From the NCBI GenBank assembly GCA_038890875.1, contig JAWAFA010000001.1, positions 419,910-483,909 on the forward strand: DNA of 64,000 nt, given 5' to 3'. The DNA comes from Candidatus Pacearchaeota archaeon. GTDB taxonomy: Archaea > Nanobdellota > Nanobdellia > Pacearchaeales > JAPDKA01. Below are positions 46,835 through 56,355 of the stretch, one piece after another; position 1 is the first letter of the stretch, and each line of letters starts with the position of its first letter. The notes under the pieces are model-generated. The model saw only the letters and a program-made list of their open reading frames with translations, did no database searches and was not told where the DNA came from. Both the position numbers and the translations under genes were made by a program.

Positions 46835-48175
46835 TTACATAAAAAATTCTTTGTAAAGTGCATTTACAGCTTTCTTTGCATCCTTGTTTTTTACACCAAA
46901 AATCATATTTATCTCTGATGCTCCTTGATTCATTATTCTTATGTTTATTTTTTCCCTAGCCAAAGCTCCTGTTGCTCTAGAGGCAATTCCAGGAGTGTAC
47001 TTCATGCCAATTCCAACAACACATATTAATGAAAGTTCATCATCTATTTCTAAAGAGTCTGGTCTCAATTTTTCTTTTATCTTTAGGCATAATCTTTCAA
47101 GCTTATTCCCAAGCTGGCTTTCATGAATGACAAGAGATAAATTATCAATGGCTCCAGGCATATGCTCAAACGAAACATCTTCTTCATAAACGATATCGAA
47201 TAATTTTTTACAAAATCCCTTTTCTCTATTCATCAACCATTTTTTTATATTTATACTTATGAAACCATCTTTCACAGCTATTCCGCTTACTAACTCACTA
47301 GGCTCACGCTTATTTACAATGAGTGTCCCTTGATTTGGATAGTTAAATGTATTTCTAAGATGTATTGGTATCTGGGCTTCAACACAAGGAAAAACAGCCT
47401 CTTCTTGCAAAGCCGTAGTTCCCATATAACTAAGCTCTCTCATTTCTTCATAAGTTAAAACATCAATCTTCTTTGGATTGGCAACGATTTTTGGATTAGC
47501 AGCAAAAATGCCATCAACATCTGTGAAATTTTCATAGACCTCTGCATTTACAGCCTTGGCAATTACTGCTCCTGTAAGATCACTTCCTCCTCTTGCAAAT
47601 GTTGCAATCTTGCCTTCTTTAGTAATACCATAAAATCCAGGTATAACTACAACCTCTTGAATTTCTTGCAATATTTTTAGATTATTATAAGCCTCATGAA
47701 GAGGCAAAGCATTTCCAAATTCAGAGCTAACAACAAGACCATATTCTTCAGGTAATACTAACTTCGTGTTTACTCCTTGTGCAAGAAGGTATCTTGCAAT
47801 GAGCTCAGCATTTAGTCTCTCACCAGTCGCTTTGACATAATCAAAGTATTCTTCTTCGCTTTTATGTTCATTTAAACTTTTAACTCTCTTTTGCAATCTA
47901 CTTTCTAAAGGCATGTCAATGTTAAGCTGATCGCATATTTGTTCAAATTTTTTATATAACAACCAAAACTCATCAGAGAGCTCTTCTTTCTTAAAATAGA
48001 TTTCAGCACATTTGATTAATAAATCTGTTACTTTAATATCATTAGCATTTTCTTTGCCAGGCGCAGAAACAACAATATATTTTCTATTCGGATTATCTTT
48101 AATTATTTCATAAACTCGATGAATTCGCTCGGCATTGGCAAGAGAAGTGCCTCCAAACTTACATACATATACCAT
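46835..48175 (-). CDS. lysC: Aspartate kinase.
   Basis: MVYVCKFGGTSLANAERI (amino-acid kinase N-terminus), FARGGSDLTGA, and C-terminal ACT-domain repeats. Confidence 0.85.
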   Translation of the reverse strand: MVYVCKFGGTSLANAERIHRVYEIIKDNPNRKYIVVSAPGKENANDIKVTDLLIKCAEIYFKKEELSDEFWLLYKKFEQICDQLNIDMPLESRLQKRVKSLNEHKSEEEYFDYVKATGERLNAELIARYLLAQGVNTKLVLPEEYGLVVSSEFGNALPLHEAYNNLKILQEIQEVVVIPGFYGITKEGKIATFARGGSDLTGAVIAKAVNAEVYENFTDVDGIFAANPKIVANPKKIDVLTYEEMRELSYMGTTALQEEAVFPCVEAQIPIHLRNTFNYPNQGTLIVNKREPSELVSGIAVKDGFISINIKKWLMNREKGFCKKLFDIVYEEDVSFEHMPGAIDNLSLVIHESQLGNKLERLCLKIKEKLRPDSLEIDDELSLICVVGIGMKYTPGIASRATGALAREKINIRIMNQGASEINMIFGVKNKDAKKAVNALYKEFFM

Positions 48176-48234
48176 GCTAAAAAGTAAAGAATTAACTTAA
48201 AAATTTATCGCAGTTTTTTTATCACTCAAAAAAA

Positions 48235-49518
48235 CTAAATCTGCTTTGCCTTAACTTCTATACAAACACCTGCAGCAACTGTTCTGCCAGCATCTCTCAC
48301 CGCAAATCTTGATAAATGAGGATTAACTTTTTGTGTTTCGATAACTACTGGCTTAAGAGGCTTAAGTTTTACAATAGCTACATCACCATTCTTAATAAAC
48401 TCTGGTTTTTCTGGCAATGCTTGCCCTGTTTTGGGGTCGATTTTTTTCTGAATTTCAACAAATTGACAAGGAACTTGTGCTGTATGTATATGAAAGACAG
48501 GAGTATAACCAGGAGCAATAACACTAGGATGATTTATTACAGCTATCTGTGCTATAAACTCTTCGGCTACAGTTGGTGCTTTGTCAACATGAGCAATTAC
48601 ATCTCCTCGTTCAATATCCTGTTTCCCGACTCCTCTAATATTAACACCGACATTATCTCCAGCAACTGCTTCTGGTAATGATTGATGGTGCATTTCAATA
48701 CTCTTAATCTCTCCAACAACTCCTTTTCCCATTCTTGCCGGTAATATAATAACTTTATCCCCAGGTTTCATTCTGCCAGTTTCTATTTTACCAACAGGTA
48801 CGGTACCAACTCCAGTAATGCTATAAACATCTTGTATCGGCATGCGTAATGGCAAATCAACTGGTTTTTTTGGCTCTTCAAACAAATCAAATTGTTCAAG
48901 AACAGTAGGTCCTTTATACCATGGCATTTTTTCACTTTTCTTTGTTATGTTCTCACCATAATAACCAGAAGCTGGTATAAAGTTAATTTTATCAAGCTTA
49001 TAACCAGCAGCTTGAAGTTGCTTTGAAACAGCAGCTTTGACTTCTTCAAATTTTTTCTGTTCATAATTTACAGTGTCCATCTGGTTTATAACAACTGCAA
49101 GTTGATCAACGCCCATTGTTCTTGCGAGAAAGATATGCTCAACTGTTTGTGGCATTACCCCATGCTGAGCTGCTACTATAAGAAAAGCAGCATCAGCCTG
49201 GCTTGCTCCAGTAATCATATTCTTAATGAAGTCTTTATGACCAGGGGCGTCTATAATTGTTACTTGATACTTTTTTGTTATAATTTTACGATAAGCAAGA
49301 TCAATGGTAAGCCCTCGCTCTCGTTCTTCCTTTAATCTATCCATTACAAAAGCAAATTCAAAACCTGCCTTACCAAGTTTTTCAGCAACTTCCTTCATTT
49401 TTTTCAATTCTGTTTCACTAAAATTACCAGTCTCAAAAAGAAGTCTACCTACAGTAGTTGATTTTCCATGATCAACATGTCCTATAAACACAACATTTAA
49501 ATTTGGTTTTTCCGGCAT
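48235..49518 (-). CDS. tuf: Translation elongation factor EF-1 alpha.
   Basis: [21 protein letters not shown]. 427 aa. Confidence 0.95.
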   Translation of the reverse strand: MPEKPNLNVVFIGHVDHGKSTTVGRLLFETGNFSETELKKMKEVAEKLGKAGFEFAFVMDRLKEERERGLTIDLAYRKIITKKYQVTIIDAPGHKDFIKNMITGASQADAAFLIVAAQHGVMPQTVEHIFLARTMGVDQLAVVINQMDTVNYEQKKFEEVKAAVSKQLQAAGYKLDKINFIPASGYYGENITKKSEKMPWYKGPTVLEQFDLFEEPKKPVDLPLRMPIQDVYSITGVGTVPVGKIETGRMKPGDKVIILPARMGKGVVGEIKSIEMHHQSLPEAVAGDNVGVNIRGVGKQDIERGDVIAHVDKAPTVAEEFIAQIAVINHPSVIAPGYTPVFHIHTAQVPCQFVEIQKKIDPKTGQALPEKPEFIKNGDVAIVKLKPLKPVVIETQKVNPHLSRFAVRDAGRTVAAGVCIEVKAKQI

Positions 49519-49564
49519 TTTTTATTTGTTAAATTGAATTTTTGATTATTTCTTATTAAACTGA

Positions 49565-49583
49565 TTTATTTATAAATCTTTCG
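49565..49583 (-). promoter_or_regulatory. BRE + TATA box upstream of tuf (same 19-mer as the gyrB promoter). The TATA centre is about 53 nt upstream of the ATG.
   Basis: Plus-strand tttatttataaatctttcg, identical to 11681-11699. Confidence 0.4.
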
Positions 49584-49762
49584 CTTTAAAAAATTTTAAA
49601 ATTTTTTTCTCGAAGTTTTTCCTCGAAGCAAAAGTGCCCCCAGCTTGCCTTGCAATCAATTGTGTCTCTATTTCAATATTTGATTATCTCAAACGAAAAA
49701 TTTTTAAAGATTGTCACTATTATATAATAACAAAAAACAAAAAACTGACATTTGTGATTAAA

Positions 49763-50065
49763 ATGAAAGATATCAATGATCTTTATAGATTAAAAATTAA
49801 TGATGAAGTTTTACAAGGCATTTTTATGTGGCAAACTGTAGTTATTGATGATGGTATAAAAGATTATTTGTTGCCTGAAGAAAAAGTTGATGAATATATA
49901 AATCTTTTATGCATAAAACCTGAAAAAGTATTGATGAATATGGCTGAATATAGTTGGAAAAAAGTTCCATGTAATTGTAACCTAGAGGATTGGTTTTCCC
50001 ATGCACTTCATAGTATGAATCTTTCTGAAGCTCTTGAGAAAAAGATTAGTAACATGCTTTCATAG
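49763..50065 (+). CDS. Hypothetical 100-aa protein (CNCN...H...H cluster).
   Basis: Start trimmed to ATG 49763 (MKDINDLY). The upstream part of the ORF is AT-rich promoter-like sequence. Confidence 0.3.
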   Translation: MKDINDLYRLKINDEVLQGIFMWQTVVIDDGIKDYLLPEEKVDEYINLLCIKPEKVLMNMAEYSWKKVPCNCNLEDWFSHALHSMNLSEALEKKISNMLS

Positions 50066-50084
50066 ATCCATATTATATCAATTA

Positions 50085-50417
50085 ATGGTTCAACAACTTC
50101 AACCATATGCGATGGGTGCAATAATGGAGGGGGAAGTAAGAGAAGGTGAATTTCGTGAAGGTCATGCATATAATATAGTTTTTATTCCACAAACAAAAAA
50201 GAGATTTTTAGTTGATACAGCACTTTTGGATGATGGTCAACCAATTGTTGCAGACTATAGTTGTGTTGAAAAATTAGGAGAATACGAACAAATTACAATC
50301 ATATTAAAAGATGGTAAAAAAAGAAAATATTCTGGGTATATATTAGAATATTTAAAAGATCCGGAAAAAACAAAAAAAACTTTTAAAAGCTTACTTATTG
50401 AACTCTGGGAAAGATAA
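50085..50417 (+). CDS. Hypothetical 110-aa protein.
   Basis: Start trimmed from TTG 50034 to ATG 50085. Different frame from the upstream ORF. Confidence 0.3.
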   Translation: MVQQLQPYAMGAIMEGEVREGEFREGHAYNIVFIPQTKKRFLVDTALLDDGQPIVADYSCVEKLGEYEQITIILKDGKKRKYSGYILEYLKDPEKTKKTFKSLLIELWER

Positions 50418-50504
50418 TATTCCATCGGCTTTGAACAAATGCTTGTATATCCCACTTTTTAATTTTTTATTTTTTTAGATTAAAAGATGTTTAAGAAAAA
50501 TTTA

Positions 50505-50577
50505 TGCCCCGGCCGAGATTCGAACTCGGGTCGCAAGCTCGAAAGGCTTGCATGCTTGGCCTCTACACCACCGGGGC
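50505..50577 (-). tRNA. tRNA-Glu (anticodon UUC).
   Basis: Reverse complement folds: acceptor GCCCCGG/CCGGGGC, T-arm CCGAG-TTCGAAT-CTCGG, anticodon stem CAAGC/GCTTG with loop CTTTCGA. Confidence 0.85.
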
Positions 50578-50579
50578 GA

Positions 50580-50688
50580 TGGGCCCTAGCGGATTTGAAC
50601 CGCTGACCTCTGGTTATCCTAGCGCTCTTGTCAAATTGACAAGTGGCCATATAAGACCAGCGCTCTAACCTAGCTGAGCTAAGGGCCC
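50580..50688 (-). tRNA. tRNA-Ile with anticodon UAU, containing a 34-nt intron at the canonical 37/38 position (about 50616..50649).
   Basis: Reverse complement: GGGCCCT-TA-GCTCAGCTAGGTTAGAGC-G-CTGGT-CTTATA[intron TGGCCACTTGTCAATTTGACAAGAGCGCTAGGAT]A-ACCAG-AGGTC-AGCGG-TTCAAAT-CCGCT-AGGGCCC-A. The exon sequence is of the archaeal tRNA-Ile type. Confidence 0.7.
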
Positions 50689-50758
50689 TTAATTTTACCT
50701 AATCCTTTTATTTTAAAAAACTTTACTAATTTACTCGCAAAGCTTTCTCTCTATCCCT

Positions 50759-52246
50759 TTAAATCTTCTTAAATAAAATTTCACTAGTTTCAATTTTATA
50801 ACTTTCTTTTATTCCGAACTTGCAATCACTCATACTTTTAATTTCAAAACCATATTGCTTGGCAATTTTTTCGCACGTTGCTGGAATAAAAGGCCAGAGC
50901 AGAATGACAATTATTCTTATGCCTTCGGCAAGGGTATACAGATTCTGAGAAAGTTTTTCTTTATCCTGCTTCCAAAGTTGATTTTCTTGGATGTAAGCAT
51001 TGCAAAAATCAACAAGCTCAAATATGCTAGCAAGAGCATGATTTATCTTATAATTGTTCATTTCTTCCTTAATTTGTTTTATTTTCTTATTAAATACTTC
51101 TTTAAATTCAGATATAATTTTTGTTTTTTTTATTTCGAGGTTTTTGGCTAGCCCTGCAATTCTTGCTACAAGATTTCCTAGTTTGTCTGCAAGCTCATTG
51201 TTATGCCTTTCAATAAGCTTTTGTTCTGAAAAATCACCATCTTCACCAAAGACGAAATTGCGGCAAATAAAATAACGGACGCTATCAGCGCCATAAGTAT
51301 TGACAAGATAGATTGGCGAGATTACATTTCCTAGGCTTTTACTTATTTTTTGTCCATTGACTGTTAAAAAGCCATGAATAAAAACAGTTTTAGGCAGTTT
51401 ATATCCTGCAGACATCAACATTGCCGGCCATATCACAGCATGAAACCAACCATTATCTTTTCCTAATAAATGTACATCAGCTGGCCAAAACTCTTTCTGC
51501 TTTCCTGCTCCAGTAATATAATTAAGCAATGCATCAAACCAAACATAAACAACATGTTTAGTGCTCGAAGGAAAAGGAATACCCCAACTAAAACCAGTTC
51601 TTGTTATGCTTAAATCTTGAAGCCCTTCTTTGACTCTATTCACGATCTCATTTCTTCTTGTTTCTGGTAAGATAAATTCTGGATGTTTGGCATAAAGTAC
51701 AAGCAATTTATCTTGATACTTGCTTAGTCTAAAAAAATATGATTCCTCACGCAATTTTTCAATCTTTATTTTATGAACAGGGCAACTTCCATCGATCAAA
51801 TCTTTCTCTGTATAATATGCCTCACATTGTGTACAATAATAGCCTTCATAAAATCCTTTATAAATATCCCCTTTTTCATTTACTTTTTTAACAAACTCTA
51901 TAACAAATGCTTCATGATCTTTGTCAGTTGTTCTAATAAATCTGCTGTAATTAATATCTAACTTATCCCATGATTCTTTGAATTTTGCTGCAAGCTTGTC
52001 AACAAACTCTTTCTCACTTAACCCGGCAGCTTTTGCTGCAAGGGCTATTTTTTTCCCGTGCTCATCTGTTCCTGTTAAAAACCATACATTGTAACCAAGT
52101 AATTTATGCCATCGAGCAAGCACATCAGCAATGATTTTTTGGTATGCATGACCTATATGTGGTTCTGCATTAACATAATCAATAGCAGTCGTTACATAAT
52201 ATTTTTTTTGATTCTTTTTACCTCTCTTTTTCAATTTTTCTTGCAT
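50759..52246 (-). CDS. metG: Methionyl-tRNA synthetase.
   Basis: HIGH motif (PHIGHAYQ), zinc knuckle CTQCEAY...CPVH, and KISKSLGN (KMSKS). Confidence 0.9.
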   Translation of the reverse strand: MQEKLKKRGKKNQKKYYVTTAIDYVNAEPHIGHAYQKIIADVLARWHKLLGYNVWFLTGTDEHGKKIALAAKAAGLSEKEFVDKLAAKFKESWDKLDINYSRFIRTTDKDHEAFVIEFVKKVNEKGDIYKGFYEGYYCTQCEAYYTEKDLIDGSCPVHKIKIEKLREESYFFRLSKYQDKLLVLYAKHPEFILPETRRNEIVNRVKEGLQDLSITRTGFSWGIPFPSSTKHVVYVWFDALLNYITGAGKQKEFWPADVHLLGKDNGWFHAVIWPAMLMSAGYKLPKTVFIHGFLTVNGQKISKSLGNVISPIYLVNTYGADSVRYFICRNFVFGEDGDFSEQKLIERHNNELADKLGNLVARIAGLAKNLEIKKTKIISEFKEVFNKKIKQIKEEMNNYKINHALASIFELVDFCNAYIQENQLWKQDKEKLSQNLYTLAEGIRIIVILLWPFIPATCEKIAKQYGFEIKSMSDCKFGIKESYKIETSEILFKKI

Positions 52247-52333
52247 TACACTCCATGATTAAGAAATTTATAAAGTTTAGTATTAAAAGAAAAATAATAA
52301 GAAAAATATTAAAAGGTAAATACATCTTGTTTC

Positions 52334-53506
52334 ATGCTCATTGGTATTGTTGGCAAGCCAAATGTTGGGAAAAGTACTTTTTTCAAAGCTCTAACACTTA
52401 GTGAAGTTGAAATTGCTAATTATCCTTTTACAACAATAAAGCCTAATGAAGGTATAGCTTATGTGAAAGTTCGTTGTGTTGAGACTGAATTTGGAGTTAA
52501 ATGTGAACCAAATCATGGTTATTGCCTTGATGGTTGGCGTTTTTTGCCTGTAAAAGTGCTTGATGTTGCTGGGCTTGTACCGAAAGCTCATCTTGGCCGA
52601 GGCCTAGGTAATAAGTTTCTCGATGATTTAAGGCAAGCAGATGTACTTTTACATATTGTTGATGCAAGTGGTACTGTTGATGAAGAAGGCAGACCAACTG
52701 CAAACTATAATCCTGCCAACGATGTTAAATGGTTAGAGGAAGAGATAGAAGCGTGGTTTTACAATTTAATAACTAAAGATTGGGAAACTTTAAAGCGAAA
52801 ATCTACGCATGAGACAAAGCCACTAAATCTACTCATTGAGAGGTTTATTGGACTTGGTATTAGTGAAGAACAAATAATCCAAGCCCTGTTGAGACTAAAC
52901 CTTGATGAAAACTTTGCTAATTGGGAGAGCGAACAATTACGAGAATTTATAATCGAATTAAGAAAAATAAGCAAGCCAATAGTTGTTGTAGCTAATCGAC
53001 TTGATATCCCGAATGCTGATAAAAATTTAGAAAAGATTCGGCAAGTAACTAATGGTAAAGTCTTTGCTGCATCAGCAATAGCTGAACTTGCACTAAAAGA
53101 AATGGCAAGAAGGGGCTGTATTGAATATATCCCTGGAACGAGTAAAATAAAAATTAAGAATTGTGACGAGAAAGATAAAATAAGAATTGAAGCTATTACA
53201 AAATATTTGGAAAAATACGGTTCAACAGGGGTACAAGATGCAATCGACTACACTGTTTTCGAATTATTAAAGTATAAAGTCGTTTACCCTGTTGAAAATG
53301 AAACAAAAAAAAGTGATAAACAAGGTAAAATACTCCCCGACGCACATCTAATGCCCCCTCGAAGTAAAGCAATAGATCTTGCTTATAAAATACATCAAGA
53401 TATAGGAAAAAATTTTGTTTCAGCAATTGATGTTAAAACACACCGAAGACTTGGTAAAGATTATGAATTAAAGCATAATGATGTAATAAAAATCTTAATA
53501 CATTAA
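52334..53506 (+). CDS. OBG/YchF-family GTPase (archaeal Ygr210-like) with C-terminal TGS-like domain.
   Basis: G1 IGIVGKPNVGKSTFFKALT, G3 DVAGL, NRLD-like ANRLD. C-terminal DVIKILIH. Confidence 0.65.
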   Translation: MLIGIVGKPNVGKSTFFKALTLSEVEIANYPFTTIKPNEGIAYVKVRCVETEFGVKCEPNHGYCLDGWRFLPVKVLDVAGLVPKAHLGRGLGNKFLDDLRQADVLLHIVDASGTVDEEGRPTANYNPANDVKWLEEEIEAWFYNLITKDWETLKRKSTHETKPLNLLIERFIGLGISEEQIIQALLRLNLDENFANWESEQLREFIIELRKISKPIVVVANRLDIPNADKNLEKIRQVTNGKVFAASAIAELALKEMARRGCIEYIPGTSKIKIKNCDEKDKIRIEAITKYLEKYGSTGVQDAIDYTVFELLKYKVVYPVENETKKSDKQGKILPDAHLMPPRSKAIDLAYKIHQDIGKNFVSAIDVKTHRRLGKDYELKHNDVIKILIH

Positions 53507-54531
53507 ATTTTTCGCCAAAAAACTTCAACATCATCCGTTCGTTGATGTGGCTTAATTTCTATTCTTTCTATTTCTTTTTTGTCAAATTCAAATTTCTTCG
53601 CCATTACCATAAACTGAGCTGTTAATGCAATCATTGCCGCATTATCGACAAGTAAGGAGGCTTCTGGAATAAAACATCTTCCTTTTCTTACTTTTACCAT
53701 AGCTTTTGCCATTTCTTGTAATCTCTTATTACAAGCAACGCCACCGCCGAGAGCTAGCTCTTTCTTACCGAGATGTGCCATTGCTCTTTCTGTAACTTCA
53801 ATAAGCATGGCAAAAGCATGCTCTTGCAAACTATAGCACAAATCTTCGAGAGCGTATCTCTGAGAGTTAAATTTTTGTTGTAAATTCGTTAACATGCCAG
53901 AAAAAGCAACATCCATCCCTTTAACTGTGTAAGGAAGCCTAATTAATTTTTTTCCTTTTTCTGCAAGCTCTGCTATTTTTGGCCCGCCAGGAAAGCCGAG
54001 GCCAACATATCTCGCAAATGTATCAATAAAATTGCCAACACCTATATCAAGGGTTTCACCAAAGACACGATAGCGATTGGCAGCATAGGCAATAACTTGG
54101 GTATTAGCCCCGCTTGTATAAAGCAAGACTGGATCACTTGCTTTTGTCACAGCCCTTACAACTTCAAGATGGGCTATGCAATGATTTACTGGTATTACGG
54201 GAATAGCCAATCTTAAAGCTAACTCTTTAGCAAAATTCTTGCCAACTAGCAAGCATGGCGGCAATCCTGGGCCTTGGGAGAATGCTACAGTATCAATATC
54301 TTTAATTTTAACATTTGCCACGCTTAATGCTTGTTCAAAAACTTTTTCTTTAATTTGCATATGGTGTTTTGCGGCCTCAACAGGTATAATCCCTCCTTTT
54401 TCTGTAGTATAAACATCTCTGATATTACTTAAAATTTTATGACCTTCAACAATAGCCACACCAAATGTATGAGCAGTCGATTCTATACCAAGACAAATTT
54501 TTTTTCTTTCTATCATTTTGTTCTCTTTCAT
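53503..54531 (-). CDS. kae1: tRNA N6-adenosine threonylcarbamoyltransferase Kae1.
   Basis: ICLGIESTAHTFGVAIV...GIIP..AAKHH...SGGVACN-type motifs of Kae1/TsaD. Confidence 0.85.
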   Translation of the reverse strand: MKENKMIERKKICLGIESTAHTFGVAIVEGHKILSNIRDVYTTEKGGIIPVEAAKHHMQIKEKVFEQALSVANVKIKDIDTVAFSQGPGLPPCLLVGKNFAKELALRLAIPVIPVNHCIAHLEVVRAVTKASDPVLLYTSGANTQVIAYAANRYRVFGETLDIGVGNFIDTFARYVGLGFPGGPKIAELAEKGKKLIRLPYTVKGMDVAFSGMLTNLQQKFNSQRYALEDLCYSLQEHAFAMLIEVTERAMAHLGKKELALGGGVACNKRLQEMAKAMVKVRKGRCFIPEASLLVDNAAMIALTAQFMVMAKKFEFDKKEIERIEIKPHQRTDDVEVFWRKI

Positions 54532-54573
54532 CTAACCTTTATTTTAAAAATATCCCTCTTATGAATTCTTATA

Positions 54574-54801
54574 TTATTCAGATATTAATATATCCCACAA
54601 TAAAGTATTGCCACAAATACAAGTGAACCAAATTAAGTCAATTTCCTCCTTATCAAATCTTTCTCTAGAAATTATCAACTTATTGTTATCAATTTTTACA
54701 TAATTCTTATCAAATATTTCAAAAACAGAATAGAACTTTTCATTTTCATCATGATGTAATTCATATTCCCTCTTACAAACTTTGCATATCTTATATTCCA
54801 T
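54574..54801 (-). CDS. Small zinc-ribbon-like protein.
   Basis: CKVCK...CICGN cysteine pairs. 75 aa. Confidence 0.3.
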   Translation of the reverse strand: MEYKICKVCKREYELHHDENEKFYSVFEIFDKNYVKIDNNKLIISRERFDKEEIDLIWFTCICGNTLLWDILISE

Positions 54802-54891
54802 AGCTCTATTAATAGAGGGAATATAAAAATTTTATTGAACTTAAGATTTAAAAATAAAAATAAAAAAGGAAAAGGAAGTTGAAATTACTTC

Positions 54892-55134
54892 TTATTTCTT
54901 CCTTTTTCGTCCGCCTTTAGCCATCTTTGCTTCACAGACATTACCTTTAGCATCTATATAGTAAAGGTAGCCTTCTTTTCGTTTTACTGCATTTTTCACA
55001 ACTACCTTCTTAGTGCCTTTTCCTTTCTTCTTTCCTCGTGCCATCGGTACTTCCATTACATTACCTTTAGCATCAACATAGTAAAGAAAACCAGGTTTTC
55101 TTTTAACAGCATTTTTCAATATAACTTGTCCCAT
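54892..55134 (-). CDS. Small basic protein made of two tandem copies of an about 38-aa module; candidate nucleic-acid-binding protein.
   Basis: VILKNAVKRKPGFLYYVDAKGNVMEVPMARGKKKGK // VVVKNAVKRKEGYLYYIDAKGNVCEAKMAKGGRKRKK. The DNA shows the same internal duplication. Confidence 0.45.
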   Translation of the reverse strand: MGQVILKNAVKRKPGFLYYVDAKGNVMEVPMARGKKKGKGTKKVVVKNAVKRKEGYLYYIDAKGNVCEAKMAKGGRKRKK

Positions 55135-55179
55135 CTTCCTCTTTTTTATTTATTTATTTATTTATTATAATTGCATACT

Positions 55180-55590
55180 TTAAATATTTTTCTCTCGATA
55201 AAGTTTTTCCGATGACGATTTGTACTCTTTATACAAAGTTTCGACGGCTTTAGAATTCACAAAATCATGATGGCGAAAGCCTCCACCAAAAGATTTTGGA
55301 ATGTGGAGAAGTTCATGAATTAGGATTTTAATCTTCTCATCTTCGTCAAGCCTATCAAACTTTTCACTTATTACTTCAATAACATAACGTGGCGAAAGTT
55401 TAAATGCAATTTGTAATGGCTTGCTAAGGCTGTAGCACCTCGCAATAGCGCTTGTTCTTGCATTTTTCGAACGAATACATTCAAGAGAGTCGAGAGCAAT
55501 ATATTCCATTCCTAGTATTTCTACAATTTTCTTAACTTTTTCTTTTATATCATTTGCTTCTTCATAAATAATCGATTTTCTTCGTTTCAT
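55180..55590 (-). CDS. Putative zinc-dependent metallopeptidase (HExxH; SprT/WLM/DUF45-like).
   Basis: ILIHELLHIPKSFGGGFRHHDF. Confidence 0.35.
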   Translation of the reverse strand: MKRRKSIIYEEANDIKEKVKKIVEILGMEYIALDSLECIRSKNARTSAIARCYSLSKPLQIAFKLSPRYVIEVISEKFDRLDEDEKIKILIHELLHIPKSFGGGFRHHDFVNSKAVETLYKEYKSSSEKLYREKNI

Positions 55591-55626
55591 TAAAATAAAA
55601 AACTAAATGCGTTTAAAAAATTTTTA

Positions 55627-56073
55627 TTATATTAACTCTTTAATATAACCAGTATGGTCAAAATCAAAATTAAAATGTATTAAAAAATCTTCAATGATTC
55701 TTTTTTTATTCTTGAGCTTGCTTTTTTTTATTATTTCATAAATAGATTCAGTGAAGCAGTATGGGCAAATAAAAACATTCCCTTTACATTTAATGCACTT
55801 AGTTGAGGGAAAGTCATATTTGCTAAGTCTCAACATCTCGCTGCCAATTTCATGCCTGAGTTTCTCATACTTTTTACCTTTTAAACTTTGAATCGCCCAA
55901 GTATTAACTTCTTTTGTCAGACATTTAGGACAAATTGGAGTAAAAATCGCTTCTTGACATATTAAACATAATTCGACTCTATTTATCCTCAAATCATTAA
56001 TTATCTCATCACCTTTAGTGCTTCCTATACTTTTTCTATATTTGTTATATTTATTATACAGTTTTAAACTCAT
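55627..56073 (-). CDS. Zinc-finger protein with two Cys4 ribbons.
   Basis: CLICQEAIFTPICPKC and CIKCKGNVFICPYC. Confidence 0.35.
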   Translation of the reverse strand: MSLKLYNKYNKYRKSIGSTKGDEIINDLRINRVELCLICQEAIFTPICPKCLTKEVNTWAIQSLKGKKYEKLRHEIGSEMLRLSKYDFPSTKCIKCKGNVFICPYCFTESIYEIIKKSKLKNKKRIIEDFLIHFNFDFDHTGYIKELI

Positions 56074-56355
56074 CTTAAAACCCCTTTCTTCCCTTCAAAA
56101 AGTTTAGGGAAGTTTAATGGGCGATAACAAATTTTAGTACGTAAGCGAAAGTAGGATATGAAGGAATAACCCACCAAGAAATTCTTCTAAGCATAGCGCT
56201 TGCATTCCTACTTTCCATAAAATAAATAAAAAAAAATATTTAAAAATTTTTGTAATCAATACCAAGAGACAAAAAGTAAAAAATTATGATAGAAAGGTTT
56301 ATAAAACCTAAAAAGATTTTTATTTATAACTAAATAATAGTAACACACAAAAACC

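Noticed and set aside
49634-49762. 5' extension of the ORF 49634..50065 (MPPACLAINCVSISIFDYLKRK...).
   Set aside because: The region is AT-rich promoter-like DNA shared with the divergent tuf gene. The in-frame ATG at 49763 gives a more plausible start.
50855-51275. Plus-strand ORFs inside metG (also 51773..51961) and inside the GTPase gene (52391..52974, 53196..53426 minus-strand).
   Set aside because: Antisense shadow ORFs within well-supported conserved genes.
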